64,000 nt of DNA from Candidatus Poribacteria bacterium (GTDB lineage Bacteria > Poribacteria > WGA-4E > WGA-3G), in assembly GCA_965215265.1 (NCBI GenBank), contig OZ244048.1, positions 3,936,001-4,000,000 on the forward strand. Direction: 5' to 3'. The position numbers and the translations under genes were made by a program. The notes under the pieces are model-generated. The model saw nothing but the letters and a program-made list of their open reading frames with translations. It was not told the origin of the DNA and searched no databases. Positions 51,000-60,504 of this stretch are shown in pieces. Each line of letters starts with the position of its first letter. The stretch's first letter is position 1.

Positions 51000-53042
51000 A
51001 TGTCGAATTCTCATCCTATACTTTTGTCAATAGTGCTAATCTCCGTCTTGTGTGCAAAAGTCGTCTCTAGTGAGCAGTATGCCATCGTTGATAGTGAAAA
51101 GGGGGATAGACTTACCGGAGTTTGGCGCGGTGCTTCTGATACTTACTTTGAGATTACGTTTGAGGGGCAGGTTTTACGTCTCCCGCTGAGTGGATATACC
51201 ATTCGTTTTACCTCAGACGCTGGGCATGTCCCGGATAGAATTGCTATGAAGTATTTTCGCAATGGGCGCAATCTGCTGGAATTAGGGCTTCCTGAACTCG
51301 CCAAACGGCGTTTTGAATCCGCCCTAGAAGAGTTTCCAAAATATGCAGATGCCCACTATCAACTCGGTTTACTTCATAAGGCTGAGGGCAACGTCGATGA
51401 AGCGTTGGCCCGTTTTCGCTCTACCGCGATAATAGATGCTGCCAATTTTGAGCTCGTCCCTTTATTTCGAGAGATTGGCGATATTGCCCGTGCTGACGGT
51501 GACTACGCTATGGCAGTCAATGCGTATCAATTGATTTTGACCTATTATCCTAAGCATGAATCGGTTCAGGAACTCAGCTATCGTACCGGATTTTTACTTG
51601 TAGAGCAATTGCAGGATGCAGCAAAAGGTTTGCCCGTTCTGGAATCGGCAAGCAAACAGTTCCCCAATGTACTTATGCACGAGAAGGCGCTCTTCCTGAT
51701 TGGAAAACTACAAGCAGAAACTGCAGAAGAGACTGAGCAGTTGGAAAATGCTCTCTACACTTTAACGGGGTTCGTTCAACGTTATCCAGAGAGTGGATGG
51801 ATTGATGATGCACGACTTGAACGTGCGATTGCCAATTTACGATTAGGTAGAAAGAGAGATGCTGCTCAGGAAGCAGAGCGTATCCTCGCAAGCAGCACGG
51901 ATACCGTCTTAAAGGAACGCGCAAGCGAAATTCTGTCAGAGAGTGCCTGGACGGTTTATACGGTATCAGATGGACTTCCGGACAATGCAATCCAAACTGT
52001 CACAAGAGCCGGAACCTGGCTCTGGATAGGCACACCGAAGGGCATCATGCCGGTCGAAACAGGCTATGGAAGTTGGACTCCGATGGAAGCGGTTGCACAG
52101 CCGATTAACGTCTATTTTGAAACTGTGCCGGATGTACGCGCGATTGCAGCGAATGCCGAAGAACTCTGGATTGGGACGCGGCATCAAGGTTTGCTCTCTT
52201 ACAACATGGAGACAAGCGAAATGCAGCAATACGTGGCACCGACTACATTGCCGAGTAACTGGGTTCGCGATATCAAGATGGATGATAAAGAAGTCTGGGT
52301 TGCGACGGATGCAGGCGTTGTGCGGCTGATTCGCGAGAGTGGCAGTTTTTTGATTTACAATACCCAAAATAGTTTTCTACCGATAGATGACATCCACACC
52401 TTGGCACTGACACCTACAACAGTCTGGGCAGCTTCAGTAGACGGCAGCATCGCAACGTTCAACCGCGAAGTTCCGGGGTGGGACGACTATCAGTCCACAG
52501 AAATGGAGCATGGCACCACGGTTGTCAGATTTTCAGTCGCAGCGGAACAACTCCTCTTGACATGGTTCAATGCTGAAGCCAAGGTCAACGGGTATTTCGA
52601 GGCAGATATAGACGGAGCCAATGGACAATCGACAACGCTCTTGACAGGTATAGAGACAAGAGCCGATTTAGATGATATTTACATTGCCGGCCTCGCTGAT
52701 AATTCCCCTATAACCGAGGAAGAGGAAGAAAAGTCACCCGTGGAAACACCAGATGCTGGCATACAAAATGAACCAGATTCTGAATTCCCTTCTCAAGTAG
52801 AGTCAGAAATAGAAACACCACTCCCCGCTGAACCACACACACCTTTGATACTGTGGATAGCCACGAACGATGATGTTTCCGCCTATTACACCAATTCTAA
52901 TACGTGGAAAACCATTAGAATGCCGCAGACAGTCACAGGGGAATCTGTGGTGCAAAGCATCGTGCTCATCAATGAGACAGCATGGATAGGTACCTCAAAT
53001 GGGTTAGCCACAATCAACTTGCAAGCCTTACAGAAACCTTAA
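51000..53042 (+). CDS. Secreted TPR plus beta-propeller (two-component regulator propeller-like) protein
   Basis: Signal peptide, TPR units (AHYQLG, YP motifs), then YTVSDGLPDN.I, LWIGT, LPSNWV, WIGTSNGL repeats; acidic insert. Confidence 0.8.
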   Translation: MSNSHPILLSIVLISVLCAKVVSSEQYAIVDSEKGDRLTGVWRGASDTYFEITFEGQVLRLPLSGYTIRFTSDAGHVPDRIAMKYFRNGRNLLELGLPELAKRRFESALEEFPKYADAHYQLGLLHKAEGNVDEALARFRSTAIIDAANFELVPLFREIGDIARADGDYAMAVNAYQLILTYYPKHESVQELSYRTGFLLVEQLQDAAKGLPVLESASKQFPNVLMHEKALFLIGKLQAETAEETEQLENALYTLTGFVQRYPESGWIDDARLERAIANLRLGRKRDAAQEAERILASSTDTVLKERASEILSESAWTVYTVSDGLPDNAIQTVTRAGTWLWIGTPKGIMPVETGYGSWTPMEAVAQPINVYFETVPDVRAIAANAEELWIGTRHQGLLSYNMETSEMQQYVAPTTLPSNWVRDIKMDDKEVWVATDAGVVRLIRESGSFLIYNTQNSFLPIDDIHTLALTPTTVWAASVDGSIATFNREVPGWDDYQSTEMEHGTTVVRFSVAAEQLLLTWFNAEAKVNGYFEADIDGANGQSTTLLTGIETRADLDDIYIAGLADNSPITEEEEEKSPVETPDAGIQNEPDSEFPSQVESEIETPLPAEPHTPLILWIATNDDVSAYYTNSNTWKTIRMPQTVTGESVVQSIVLINETAWIGTSNGLATINLQALQKP

Positions 53043-53084
53043 AGGCGACAGTTTGCAATTCAGCTCGCTTAAATAGGGAGAGAA

Positions 53085-53921
53085 ATGCCTCAAGAACCTA
53101 CCTGTACCAAACCGATTACACGCTGGAATCAGGCCGAATTGAAACAAGTTGAAGATGTACTTGTTGTTGAAGAACCGCTTGAAATTCGGGTTAGCGAAGA
53201 GAGCTTAATTGTTGTCATGCGGACACCAGGGCACGATTTTGAACTAACTGCAGGGTTTCTGTACACTGAGGGGCTGATAACTTCTAGTAATGATATTGAA
53301 ATCATGGCTTACTGTCAGGACGGCGACGCTGCAGCAATGCCAAATATCGTCAACGTTCACTTGGTTCAAGAATTGGATGTCGGCCCGCCGGCAGGTTGGC
53401 AGCGGAACTTTCACGCAAATGCAAGCTGCGGGCTCTGTGGAAAAATGACAATTGAATCTCTGTACCATCAGGTTCCGCCACTTGTTCGGTGCTGCTGGCA
53501 GATGCAGATTACAACACTTTATCAACTCGCGCATCGGCTGCGGGCCGCACAATCAGTCTTCGAAAAGACAGGCGGGCTCCACGCTGCTGGCCTGTTTGAT
53601 GAAAACGGGGAACTTCTCATTGTCCGGGAAGATATCGGGCGGCATAATGCTGTGGATAAAGTAATAGGCCAGGCGTTATTAGCAGACATGCTTCCCTTGC
53701 ACAGGCACATTTTGATGGTGAGTGGGCGCACCAGTTTCGAGATAGTGCAAAAGGCACTCTTCGCTCGCATTCCGATCGTTGTCGCTGTTTCTGCTGCATC
53801 AACCCTCGCTGTTGAGCTCGCGCAAGCGGGCAATCTTACCTTAATCGGTTTTCTGCGTGGCCAAAGCCTAGCGGTTTATAGCTGCCCCGAACGAATTCGC
53901 ACACCTAGTCTGATGAGCTAA
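53085..53921 (+). CDS. fdhD: Formate dehydrogenase accessory sulfurtransferase FdhD
   Basis: EEPLEI, MRTPG.DFEL..GFL.TEG, SCGLCG, TGGLHAA, REDIGRHNAVDK, SGR.SFE. Confidence 0.95.
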   Translation: MPQEPTCTKPITRWNQAELKQVEDVLVVEEPLEIRVSEESLIVVMRTPGHDFELTAGFLYTEGLITSSNDIEIMAYCQDGDAAAMPNIVNVHLVQELDVGPPAGWQRNFHANASCGLCGKMTIESLYHQVPPLVRCCWQMQITTLYQLAHRLRAAQSVFEKTGGLHAAGLFDENGELLIVREDIGRHNAVDKVIGQALLADMLPLHRHILMVSGRTSFEIVQKALFARIPIVVAVSAASTLAVELAQAGNLTLIGFLRGQSLAVYSCPERIRTPSLMS

Positions 53922-54230
53922 TCCCATTCTGCGATTAGGGAACAATATTTAAACCGTGCTATCTTTTTTCGCGCACAAGTCTCTATAACAGAAAAGGCCA
54001 AAGAACTCTAGTGCATTGCGTCCTGGAACGTTCATGCCAAATACGTTCGCTTTATCGATACTTATGAGCAAACTGACACTAGAATCCGTAAGCACTCATA
54101 TAGAGACTGGCTTGACCCGCCTGCATGTGAAACTGAATAACAACACGCGGTGTGGTGTACACGGCTCACGGATGTTGGCAGCAGCGGTTCCTGAATTACG
54201 GATTTTCCGATAATAAGGAGTAAATTTTTC

Positions 54231-54518
54231 ATGGGTTTTCTTTTGAGTAGTATCCAGACAGTGGTTAACTTCCTATTTCTCGCCATCGTGGTAGGCACTT
54301 TAGGTATTTCATGGATATACGCGCGGCGGTTGGAAAAACAATACGGTGCGGCTTTTCCGTGGAGTAAAACCGGGGTTATCCTTGGTGTAGAGGTGCTGAT
54401 TTGGATAGGGTTTAACGTTTTCTGGGAATTTTTCAAAGCCAATTGGTTGATAGTTTCCATCATTGGGGCGATTGTTATCGCTGTAGTTCTCTCGCGAAAA
54501 AAGCGGAGACATATCTGA
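54231..54518 (+). CDS. Small membrane protein (about 3 TM)
   Basis: AAGGAG RBS; hydrophobic segments ending in basic SRKKRRHI. Confidence 0.7.
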   Translation: MGFLLSSIQTVVNFLFLAIVVGTLGISWIYARRLEKQYGAAFPWSKTGVILGVEVLIWIGFNVFWEFFKANWLIVSIIGAIVIAVVLSRKKRRHI

Positions 54519-54639
54519 TGCCGCTGTGCCTGAGCAGATGCGGTGCTGAACGCGGCATTGCGGCAGCGGCGGGCGAGTTTTTGGAAATCGCAAAGATGGG
54601 CACGCGAGTCTTCACTATTGACTCATCTTAACAAAAAAC

Positions 54640-54717
54640 TAGTTGACAATTTCCATCATTCGGTTTATTGTTATTGGTGTGATTCTCTCGCGAAAAAGCA
54701 GAGATATGTCTGAATAA
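54640..54717 (+). repeat. Degenerate duplicate of the 3' end of the 54231 gene
   Basis: tttccatcatt...ttgttat...ttctctcgcgaaaaa..ag.agatat..ctga matches ~54454-54518. Confidence 0.65.
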
Positions 54718-54806
54718 AACCTGCCCGCTCTGTTCAACAAAGTAGAGAGGGACTGAAAAGGACATTGTGCGTTTCTAATGCGCACCTCCCAGAGAAGGAG
54801 ATAGAT

Positions 54807-55859
54807 ATGCCTCGCACAGCAAGAGCCGTTGTCGCACACGGCCAAGATTTTGAGATACGTGAATATCCGGTTCCTGAACCTGCACCGAACACGGTGCTAC
54901 TCCGTCAAGAATTAGCCGGTATCTGTGGTACAGATCTGCATAACTGGCAGAACGGCTTCAAAACTGAAATCCTCTTAGGGCACGAGAACGTCGGGCTCGT
55001 TGAAGCGATTGGTGAAGGTGTAAAAACCGATTATGTCGGTAAACCGATTAAAGAGGGGGACCGGATTATCTTCGCACCTGGTACAAACTACGGTGGTTAC
55101 GGGTTCCAATGGAATCCTGATGAAGCGCCCCATTTCCGTGGCGGTTTCGCGGATTACATGTACCTCTCGTATCCGAATACCTGTTTTATGAAAACGGAAG
55201 CCTCGCCGGAAGTTGCCGTGCTCACTGAGCCTTTCACCGTTGGCGTTCACGCTGCCATGCGCGGTGAGATAAAACTCGGTGATACCGTTGTCGTGCAAGG
55301 ATCCGGGGCTATCGGATTGGTAACGCTTGCCTGCGCGAAGCTAAGCGGCGCAGCAAAGGTGATTGTAGTAGGTGGACCCGCAGGGCGATTGGAACTTGCA
55401 AAACGCCTCGGTGCAGATGTTACAATTGATATTGAGGAAGTTACGTCTGTTGAAGAACGAACTGAGTTAGTTAAAGCGGAAACACCGCGAAATGAAGGGG
55501 CGGACGTTGTATTTGAGTGTGCCGGATTCCTCCCCGCAACACCGGAAGGTTTGGGATATACGCGGCGCAGCGGAACCTTTGTGGAAGTCGGACATTTCGT
55601 GGACATGGGTTCTATTGACTTTAATATCAACCAACTCCTGATGCGCAAAAACCTACGCGTCGAAGCTATCTGGGGCAGCAGTTATGACCATTTTGTTCGC
55701 GGCCTGCCGCTCCTTGAAAACAGCGGCCTGCCTTTCGCTGATATGATTAGCCACCAGTTACCCCTTACACAAGTGGAAGATGGATTTAAGGCACTAAACG
55801 GCGACTATCGCATTAAAGGGGAAACAGCAATTAAGATTGCTGTCCGAGCACACGATTAA
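54807..55859 (+). CDS. Zinc-binding medium-chain dehydrogenase
   Basis: GICGTDLH, LGHE, GSGAIG, GADVVFECAG; lacks the four-Cys structural Zn lobe; AAGGAG RBS. Confidence 0.9.
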   Translation: MPRTARAVVAHGQDFEIREYPVPEPAPNTVLLRQELAGICGTDLHNWQNGFKTEILLGHENVGLVEAIGEGVKTDYVGKPIKEGDRIIFAPGTNYGGYGFQWNPDEAPHFRGGFADYMYLSYPNTCFMKTEASPEVAVLTEPFTVGVHAAMRGEIKLGDTVVVQGSGAIGLVTLACAKLSGAAKVIVVGGPAGRLELAKRLGADVTIDIEEVTSVEERTELVKAETPRNEGADVVFECAGFLPATPEGLGYTRRSGTFVEVGHFVDMGSIDFNINQLLMRKNLRVEAIWGSSYDHFVRGLPLLENSGLPFADMISHQLPLTQVEDGFKALNGDYRIKGETAIKIAVRAHD

Positions 55860-55919
55860 GCCGATTTTACTTCTTAAATTGATCCAAAAAACCCTAGCGA
55901 ATACATAAAGGAGAAAGAA

Positions 55920-56942
55920 TTGATGACAAAAACGTACCGCATTGGCTTCGCTTCACTGGTGCATGATCATGTCTGGGGCGAGCTCCGCCATTGGATGGCA
56001 CATCCGAACGTAGAAATTGTTGCCGCAGGCGATGTTAATGCAGAGCTCCGGACCCAATTCAGCACGGAAACCGGGATTGATAACGTTTACGAGTCTTGGC
56101 AAGAAATGTTAGAAAAAACGGAATTAGACATCGTCCAAGCCGCGGCCGAAAATAACGCCGGGGCCGACATTGTTGAAACCGCTGCAGCGAAAGGGCTCCA
56201 CGTTGTCTCAGAAAAACCGATGGCGGCACGGCTCTCTCAAGCCGACCGGATGCTGCAGGCTGCAGAGCAAGCCGGCACTTTGCTCATGGTAAACTGGCCA
56301 ACGGCGTGGAGCCCGGCGTTAAATACCACGATGAATCTCATCAAAGACGGGGCAATTGGCGACATCTTTTACTTTAAATGGCGTTCAGCGCACAATGGAC
56401 CCATGGAGATTGGCTGTTCCCGCTATTTCTACGAATGGCTTTATGACGAAGAGAAGAATGGTGCCGGCGCTTTGATGGATTACTGCTGTTATTGTGCAGA
56501 TATGTGTGCCTACCTCCTCGGATTACCGCAGCAGGTAACGGCTTTTCGCGGTACGTTCGTCAAAAACTATCCGATTCCGGACGACAATGCCGTTATCCTC
56601 ATGAAATATAGCAATGCGTTTGGAATTACAGAGGCATCCTGGACACAGAAAGTCGGGTATGTTACGCCAAATCCAGTAGTTTACGGCACCGAAGGCGCGT
56701 TGATGGTGAGTGGAAATGAGGTGCATTTGCACCCAGCCGGTGCCGACGCACAAGTCATCATACCCGAGGCCATGCCAGCCGGTTCACGCAACGCAGCGGA
56801 ATACTTCATCCAATGTTTAGAGACAGGGGCACCGATTGAAGGACTGTGTAGCGCAAAGGTTAGCCGCGACGCTCAGGAAATTTTAGAAGCAGGGCTGGTT
56901 TCAGCAGATAGTGGGCAGGTAGTCAACTTACCGATGAACTAG
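55920..56942 (+). CDS. Gfo/Idh/MocA family oxidoreductase
   Basis: HVVSEKPMA, LMVNWP, GAGALMDYCCY, DDNAV, GTEG. Confidence 0.9.
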   Translation: MMTKTYRIGFASLVHDHVWGELRHWMAHPNVEIVAAGDVNAELRTQFSTETGIDNVYESWQEMLEKTELDIVQAAAENNAGADIVETAAAKGLHVVSEKPMAARLSQADRMLQAAEQAGTLLMVNWPTAWSPALNTTMNLIKDGAIGDIFYFKWRSAHNGPMEIGCSRYFYEWLYDEEKNGAGALMDYCCYCADMCAYLLGLPQQVTAFRGTFVKNYPIPDDNAVILMKYSNAFGITEASWTQKVGYVTPNPVVYGTEGALMVSGNEVHLHPAGADAQVIIPEAMPAGSRNAAEYFIQCLETGAPIEGLCSAKVSRDAQEILEAGLVSADSGQVVNLPMN

Positions 56943-57025
56943 AGCCTGTTGGCGTGGATGCTCCAATTTGCACTTAACTTTTTACCAACACTATGCTAAC
57001 CTGCTTTTAAAGAGAGGAAAATCTT

Positions 57026-57784
57026 ATGAGCGATAGAATCCCTATTGCGTTGCAGCTGTATTCTGTTAGAGAAGATTGTGCACGCGATTTATCCCTTACG
57101 CTGCAAGCCGTGGCACAGATGGGGTACGAAGGCGTTGAATTTGCAGGGTATTACGATAGGAGTGCCGAAGAATTACGTGAAATGTGCGACGACTTGAGCC
57201 TAAAAATTGTAGGAACACATACGCAATTGAGTACCCTCCTTGGTGATGAACTCCCCAAAACCGTGAAATTCAACCAGATTCTGGGCAATCCGTATCTCAT
57301 TGTTCCCGGGCTGCCCGAAGAGTACCGGAACTCGCGGCGGGCATGGTTAGATACCGCGAAACTTTTTAACGACATCGCAGAAAAAATAGCAGATGACGGA
57401 ATGTTCACCGGTTACCACAATCATGCAGTCGAATTCACCCCCATGGATGGTGAGTTACCTTGGGATACCTTCTTCGGCAACACCCGAAGTGAGATCGTCA
57501 TGCAAATTGATACCGGCAATGCGCTGCACGGCGGTGCCGATACTGTCCCTTTCCTTGAGCGTTACCCAGGCAGAGCAAAACTGGTGCATCTCAAAGAGTA
57601 TTCGTCGACTAACGATAAGGCACTCATCGGTGAAGGCGAAGTTCCGTGGGACGATGTGTTCCACATTTGCGAAACCACCGGTAGCACCGAGTGGTACATC
57701 GTTGAACAAGAAAGCTACGCCTACCCACCTATTGAATGTGTTGAACGGTGCCTCGAAAATCTACGAAAAATGGGGAAAATTTAG
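57026..57784 (+). CDS. Sugar phosphate isomerase/epimerase (xylose isomerase-like TIM barrel)
   Basis: LQLYSVR, GYEGVEFAG, YHNH..EF, QIDTG, HLKE, IGEG.V.W, IVEQE. Confidence 0.9.
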   Translation: MSDRIPIALQLYSVREDCARDLSLTLQAVAQMGYEGVEFAGYYDRSAEELREMCDDLSLKIVGTHTQLSTLLGDELPKTVKFNQILGNPYLIVPGLPEEYRNSRRAWLDTAKLFNDIAEKIADDGMFTGYHNHAVEFTPMDGELPWDTFFGNTRSEIVMQIDTGNALHGGADTVPFLERYPGRAKLVHLKEYSSTNDKALIGEGEVPWDDVFHICETTGSTEWYIVEQESYAYPPIECVERCLENLRKMGKI

Positions 57785-57792
57785 GACTTTGT

Positions 57793-58599
57793 ATGGATTG
57801 GCCGCGTTTTTTCCCTATCGAACACTGTCTAGATAGGGAAAAGTTTTCACCTATCCAGACAAGAGAGACTGATAAGACTCACCCGTGTGTTGACACGCCC
57901 TCTATTGAGACAAGTCTCCTGCTCTGGTGGGAAGACTTCTATCTGCCCGTTTTTGAGTATGTCCTGTCTGAGATGGGTCCGTTGGAAGGCAAAAAGGTCT
58001 TGGAGCTGGGTACAGGCACAGGTGGGACAGCTGCCTTATTGGCGAAACGCGGGGCGACTGTTGTAGGTATTGACCTGTTGCCTTTTCGCCTTGCTGAAGC
58101 GAAGGAGCGGGCAATCCAACACAACGTCGCCAATGCAGTTGATTTCGCGCTCATGGATGCTACCGAACTTGCCTTTCCAGACAACACGTTTGATTTTGTG
58201 ATATCTAAATCCGTGCTTGTCTTTACAGAGCATACACTTGCTGCGCGAGAGTGTAATCGTGTTCTAAAACCGCATGGCAAAGCAATTTTCATTGAAAATA
58301 TGCGGCACCATCCGGCGGTGTGGTTCTATCGGAAAATGTTTCTAAAGTATTCCGACAAACTACGTTACTTTTCACTGCACGACATTGAGGCAGTCGGTGC
58401 CGAATTTGAGAGACTGGAACACCGCGAATTTCACTTCCTTGCCTTGGGGGCGTTATTCTGGCAACGAGGCATCTCTATCCCGCCGTTTTATCGATGGACG
58501 CTCCGCCGCCTCAAATCCTTTGATAGCTATCTGCTCCGGCAGCTTCCAATCCTGAGGCATCTGTGTTGGATTACCGCGATGATCTGCCGTAAGGCATAG
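57793..58599 (+). CDS. Class I SAM-dependent methyltransferase
   Basis: VLELGTGTG, GIDL, FPDNTFDFV, RVLKP.G; start uncertain. Confidence 0.85.
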   Translation: MDWPRFFPIEHCLDREKFSPIQTRETDKTHPCVDTPSIETSLLLWWEDFYLPVFEYVLSEMGPLEGKKVLELGTGTGGTAALLAKRGATVVGIDLLPFRLAEAKERAIQHNVANAVDFALMDATELAFPDNTFDFVISKSVLVFTEHTLAARECNRVLKPHGKAIFIENMRHHPAVWFYRKMFLKYSDKLRYFSLHDIEAVGAEFERLEHREFHFLALGALFWQRGISIPPFYRWTLRRLKSFDSYLLRQLPILRHLCWITAMICRKA

Positions 58600-58621
58600 A
58601 TAGAAGAGCAATAGAGAAACG

Positions 58622-58656
58622 AATCGGCTCAGAATAGCTAGAATTCTGAGCCGATT
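58622..58656. terminator. Hairpin between convergent genes (probable bidirectional terminator)
   Basis: 14-bp perfect stem aatcggctcagaat/attctgagccgatt with a 7-nt loop. Confidence 0.7.
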
Positions 58657-58746
58657 TCAGTTGAGCTGCCTGATTCAGGACAGGATGTCCATTAACGTCT
58701 CTTGAGTTTCCCGATTCTTGTCCTTGTACAGTAATTTATACAATAC

Positions 58747-59580
58747 TTAGCGGTGGTGATACGTTTTTACCTTCGCCCAGGTTGTGGTTAATTTGCCTTC
58801 CGCTTTGACAGCGAGTGCTTTATCGGGGCGTTTACCACTTGCCAAGTCTGCCACCTCGTCTTCACTTAACGCACGATCCCAAATGATGACATCATCAATC
58901 ATTGCATCAAGAAACATATCGTTTCCTTGATTGCCGCCGATTTGCCGGCCTGCGCCAAGTTCTAGCGGCCTATCCTCAAAAAGGTTATAAGGCTCGGGGG
59001 CGGCGTGTGGATTATTTCTGGGACTGGCGGGCATTGTAAGCTTATCCCCATCTGGCGTAACGTAAGCGGTTGCTTCCTTACCGTCTGCAGTTTGGCAGAC
59101 ATGGAACCATTTCTCTGGTTCGATACAATTCTCAATCTGGAACCAATTCTCGGCTCCAGCATTGGTTGTTCCAAAGGTCATGTGGGTGTCTGAGGTAGTC
59201 ACGAGTCGAAAAGTGAAATGCGCGCCCCATCCGACCTTTTCGCCTTTCCAAACCCCGGCGTGGTCCGCCCCATTTCGGACGAAGAGTCAATAGGAGACAG
59301 TATGTGGCCCCTCAACAGCCTTCTCAAGCTCCGGGTTGAACATGATATCCGCTCGTGTCTCTTTACTGCCATCAACGTCGAGTGCTTTGCCAAATCTGCC
59401 TTTATCGACAATTTTGGCACCCTTAAACAATTCACCGTGCACATCACCTATAGCATCTGTTACTTTTCCGTCGTCAAAAGTCCAGCCGGCGACGACACCG
59501 TCGTTCAAGTCTGCTTGTGCAGCAACGGTAATGCCAATTACCAATGCCGTGAAAACAAACGTTGTGATAATAAGTTTCAT
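58747..59580 (-). pseudogene. Secreted LamG protein interrupted by one in-frame TGA
   Basis: ORFs 59287..59580 and 58747..59202 are in the same frame: ...HTVSY-TGA-LFVRNG...; signal peptide, AGGAGG RBS, C-terminal LAVKAEGKLTTTWAKVK. Confidence 0.85.
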
Positions 59581-59700
59581 GAAAATCCTCCTTAAATAAA
59601 TTATTCAAATTTTGTTAGAGACATTCGGACCTGTGCATCAGGGCATTCCTCGGTTTGTGGATAACCTGATTTTTTTTGGCTTATCTCTCAATAGGTTATC

Positions 59701-59789
59701 TTGATAAAATCCAGGCAGCAGTTACCCTGTTCTGTTAACGCACATTATACATATTGTTTTAATTTTTGTCAATTTTTTTTTGAGAAGTT
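59701..59789. repeat. Direct repeat copy 1 (~88 bp), containing a minus-strand consensus promoter
   Basis: ttgataaaatccaggcagcag...gagaagtt, identical to 62700..62787 except T9 versus T8; minus strand has TTGACA-17-TATAAT. Confidence 0.95.
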
Positions 59790-60109
59790 TAATATGAATA
59801 TTGCCTAAGCAGACGTTCCTCAAAGGCCATCACCTCATCCTGAAGGGCGGGGCCAATCAGCTCGTGAATCAAGGCGTGACTGCTGCCGGCCCGGGGCCTA
59901 GAGACGCTCCTGGTTAACTTGATAAACCGGTTTTTATGTGGTATAATAAAATTAACTTTTTTTAAGAAAGAAAAGGAAAAAGAGGTTTTTAGTGAGATTT
60001 GACAGCGTTGGTTTTCTATTGTATCATAATTAATTGCGGTATAAAAGGAAACCAATCCGCTATAGAAAACGGAAAGAGTGCCATCTCTCCAACAGAATGC
60101 CTTCTCAGG

Positions 60110-60504
60110 CATTTTTCCATCAATCTGCTGACCATGAATTAATGACGCGCGTCCGGATAAAACTTCTCTCACAAGGTATTAACGTTACAGGTTCAACTAT
60201 GGAGGATGGTTTGATATATCCGACAATCAAAGGAATCGCCTACGTTAAATGGAAGGAGTATGCTACTGGTACTGTCAGATATATCAGTGAACTTTTAGCA
60301 ACTGGGGAGGCTGGCAAACGTCTACATAAGATTCGGATCGAAAAAGGAAAATCTCTGACTTCGGAAGATATTCCAGTTGACATAAAGCTGGTTCCTTTTG
60401 AAGAAGGAGGTATCAATCCTTACGTTTTTTGCAGTAGCTTTTTAAGACGTGCAGAATATGCCTTCCCTCTGATATTGAGGGTTCCTTATGCATCTCATTT
60501 CTAA
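60110..60504 (+). pseudogene. C-terminal fragment of an uncharacterised protein family (homologous to 61895..62435)
   Basis: HELMTRVRIKL...MEDGLIYP...YVKW...GGINPY aligns with EHELLARV..KLW...FENGLVYP...YIEW...GGIDPY; no credible start or N-terminus; left boundary approximate. Confidence 0.6.

Noticed and set aside
59260-59289. Selenocysteine recoding of the LamG in-frame TGA (small hairpin GTCCG-8nt-CGGAC follows it)
   Set aside because: The position aligns to Trp, not Cys; the hairpin is short, too close to the UGA and its loop begins with AA, unlike bacterial SECIS elements.
58747-59580. Alternative genetic code (UGA=Trp)
   Set aside because: Many intact genes here end in TGA (e.g. 8225, 14670, 15941) and Trp is otherwise encoded by TGG.
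59789-60172. 127-aa minus-strand ORF inside the islet
   Set aside because: Crosses an AT-rich low-complexity stretch and has no motif; at most its last ~45 codons may be an unidentifiable gene remnant.
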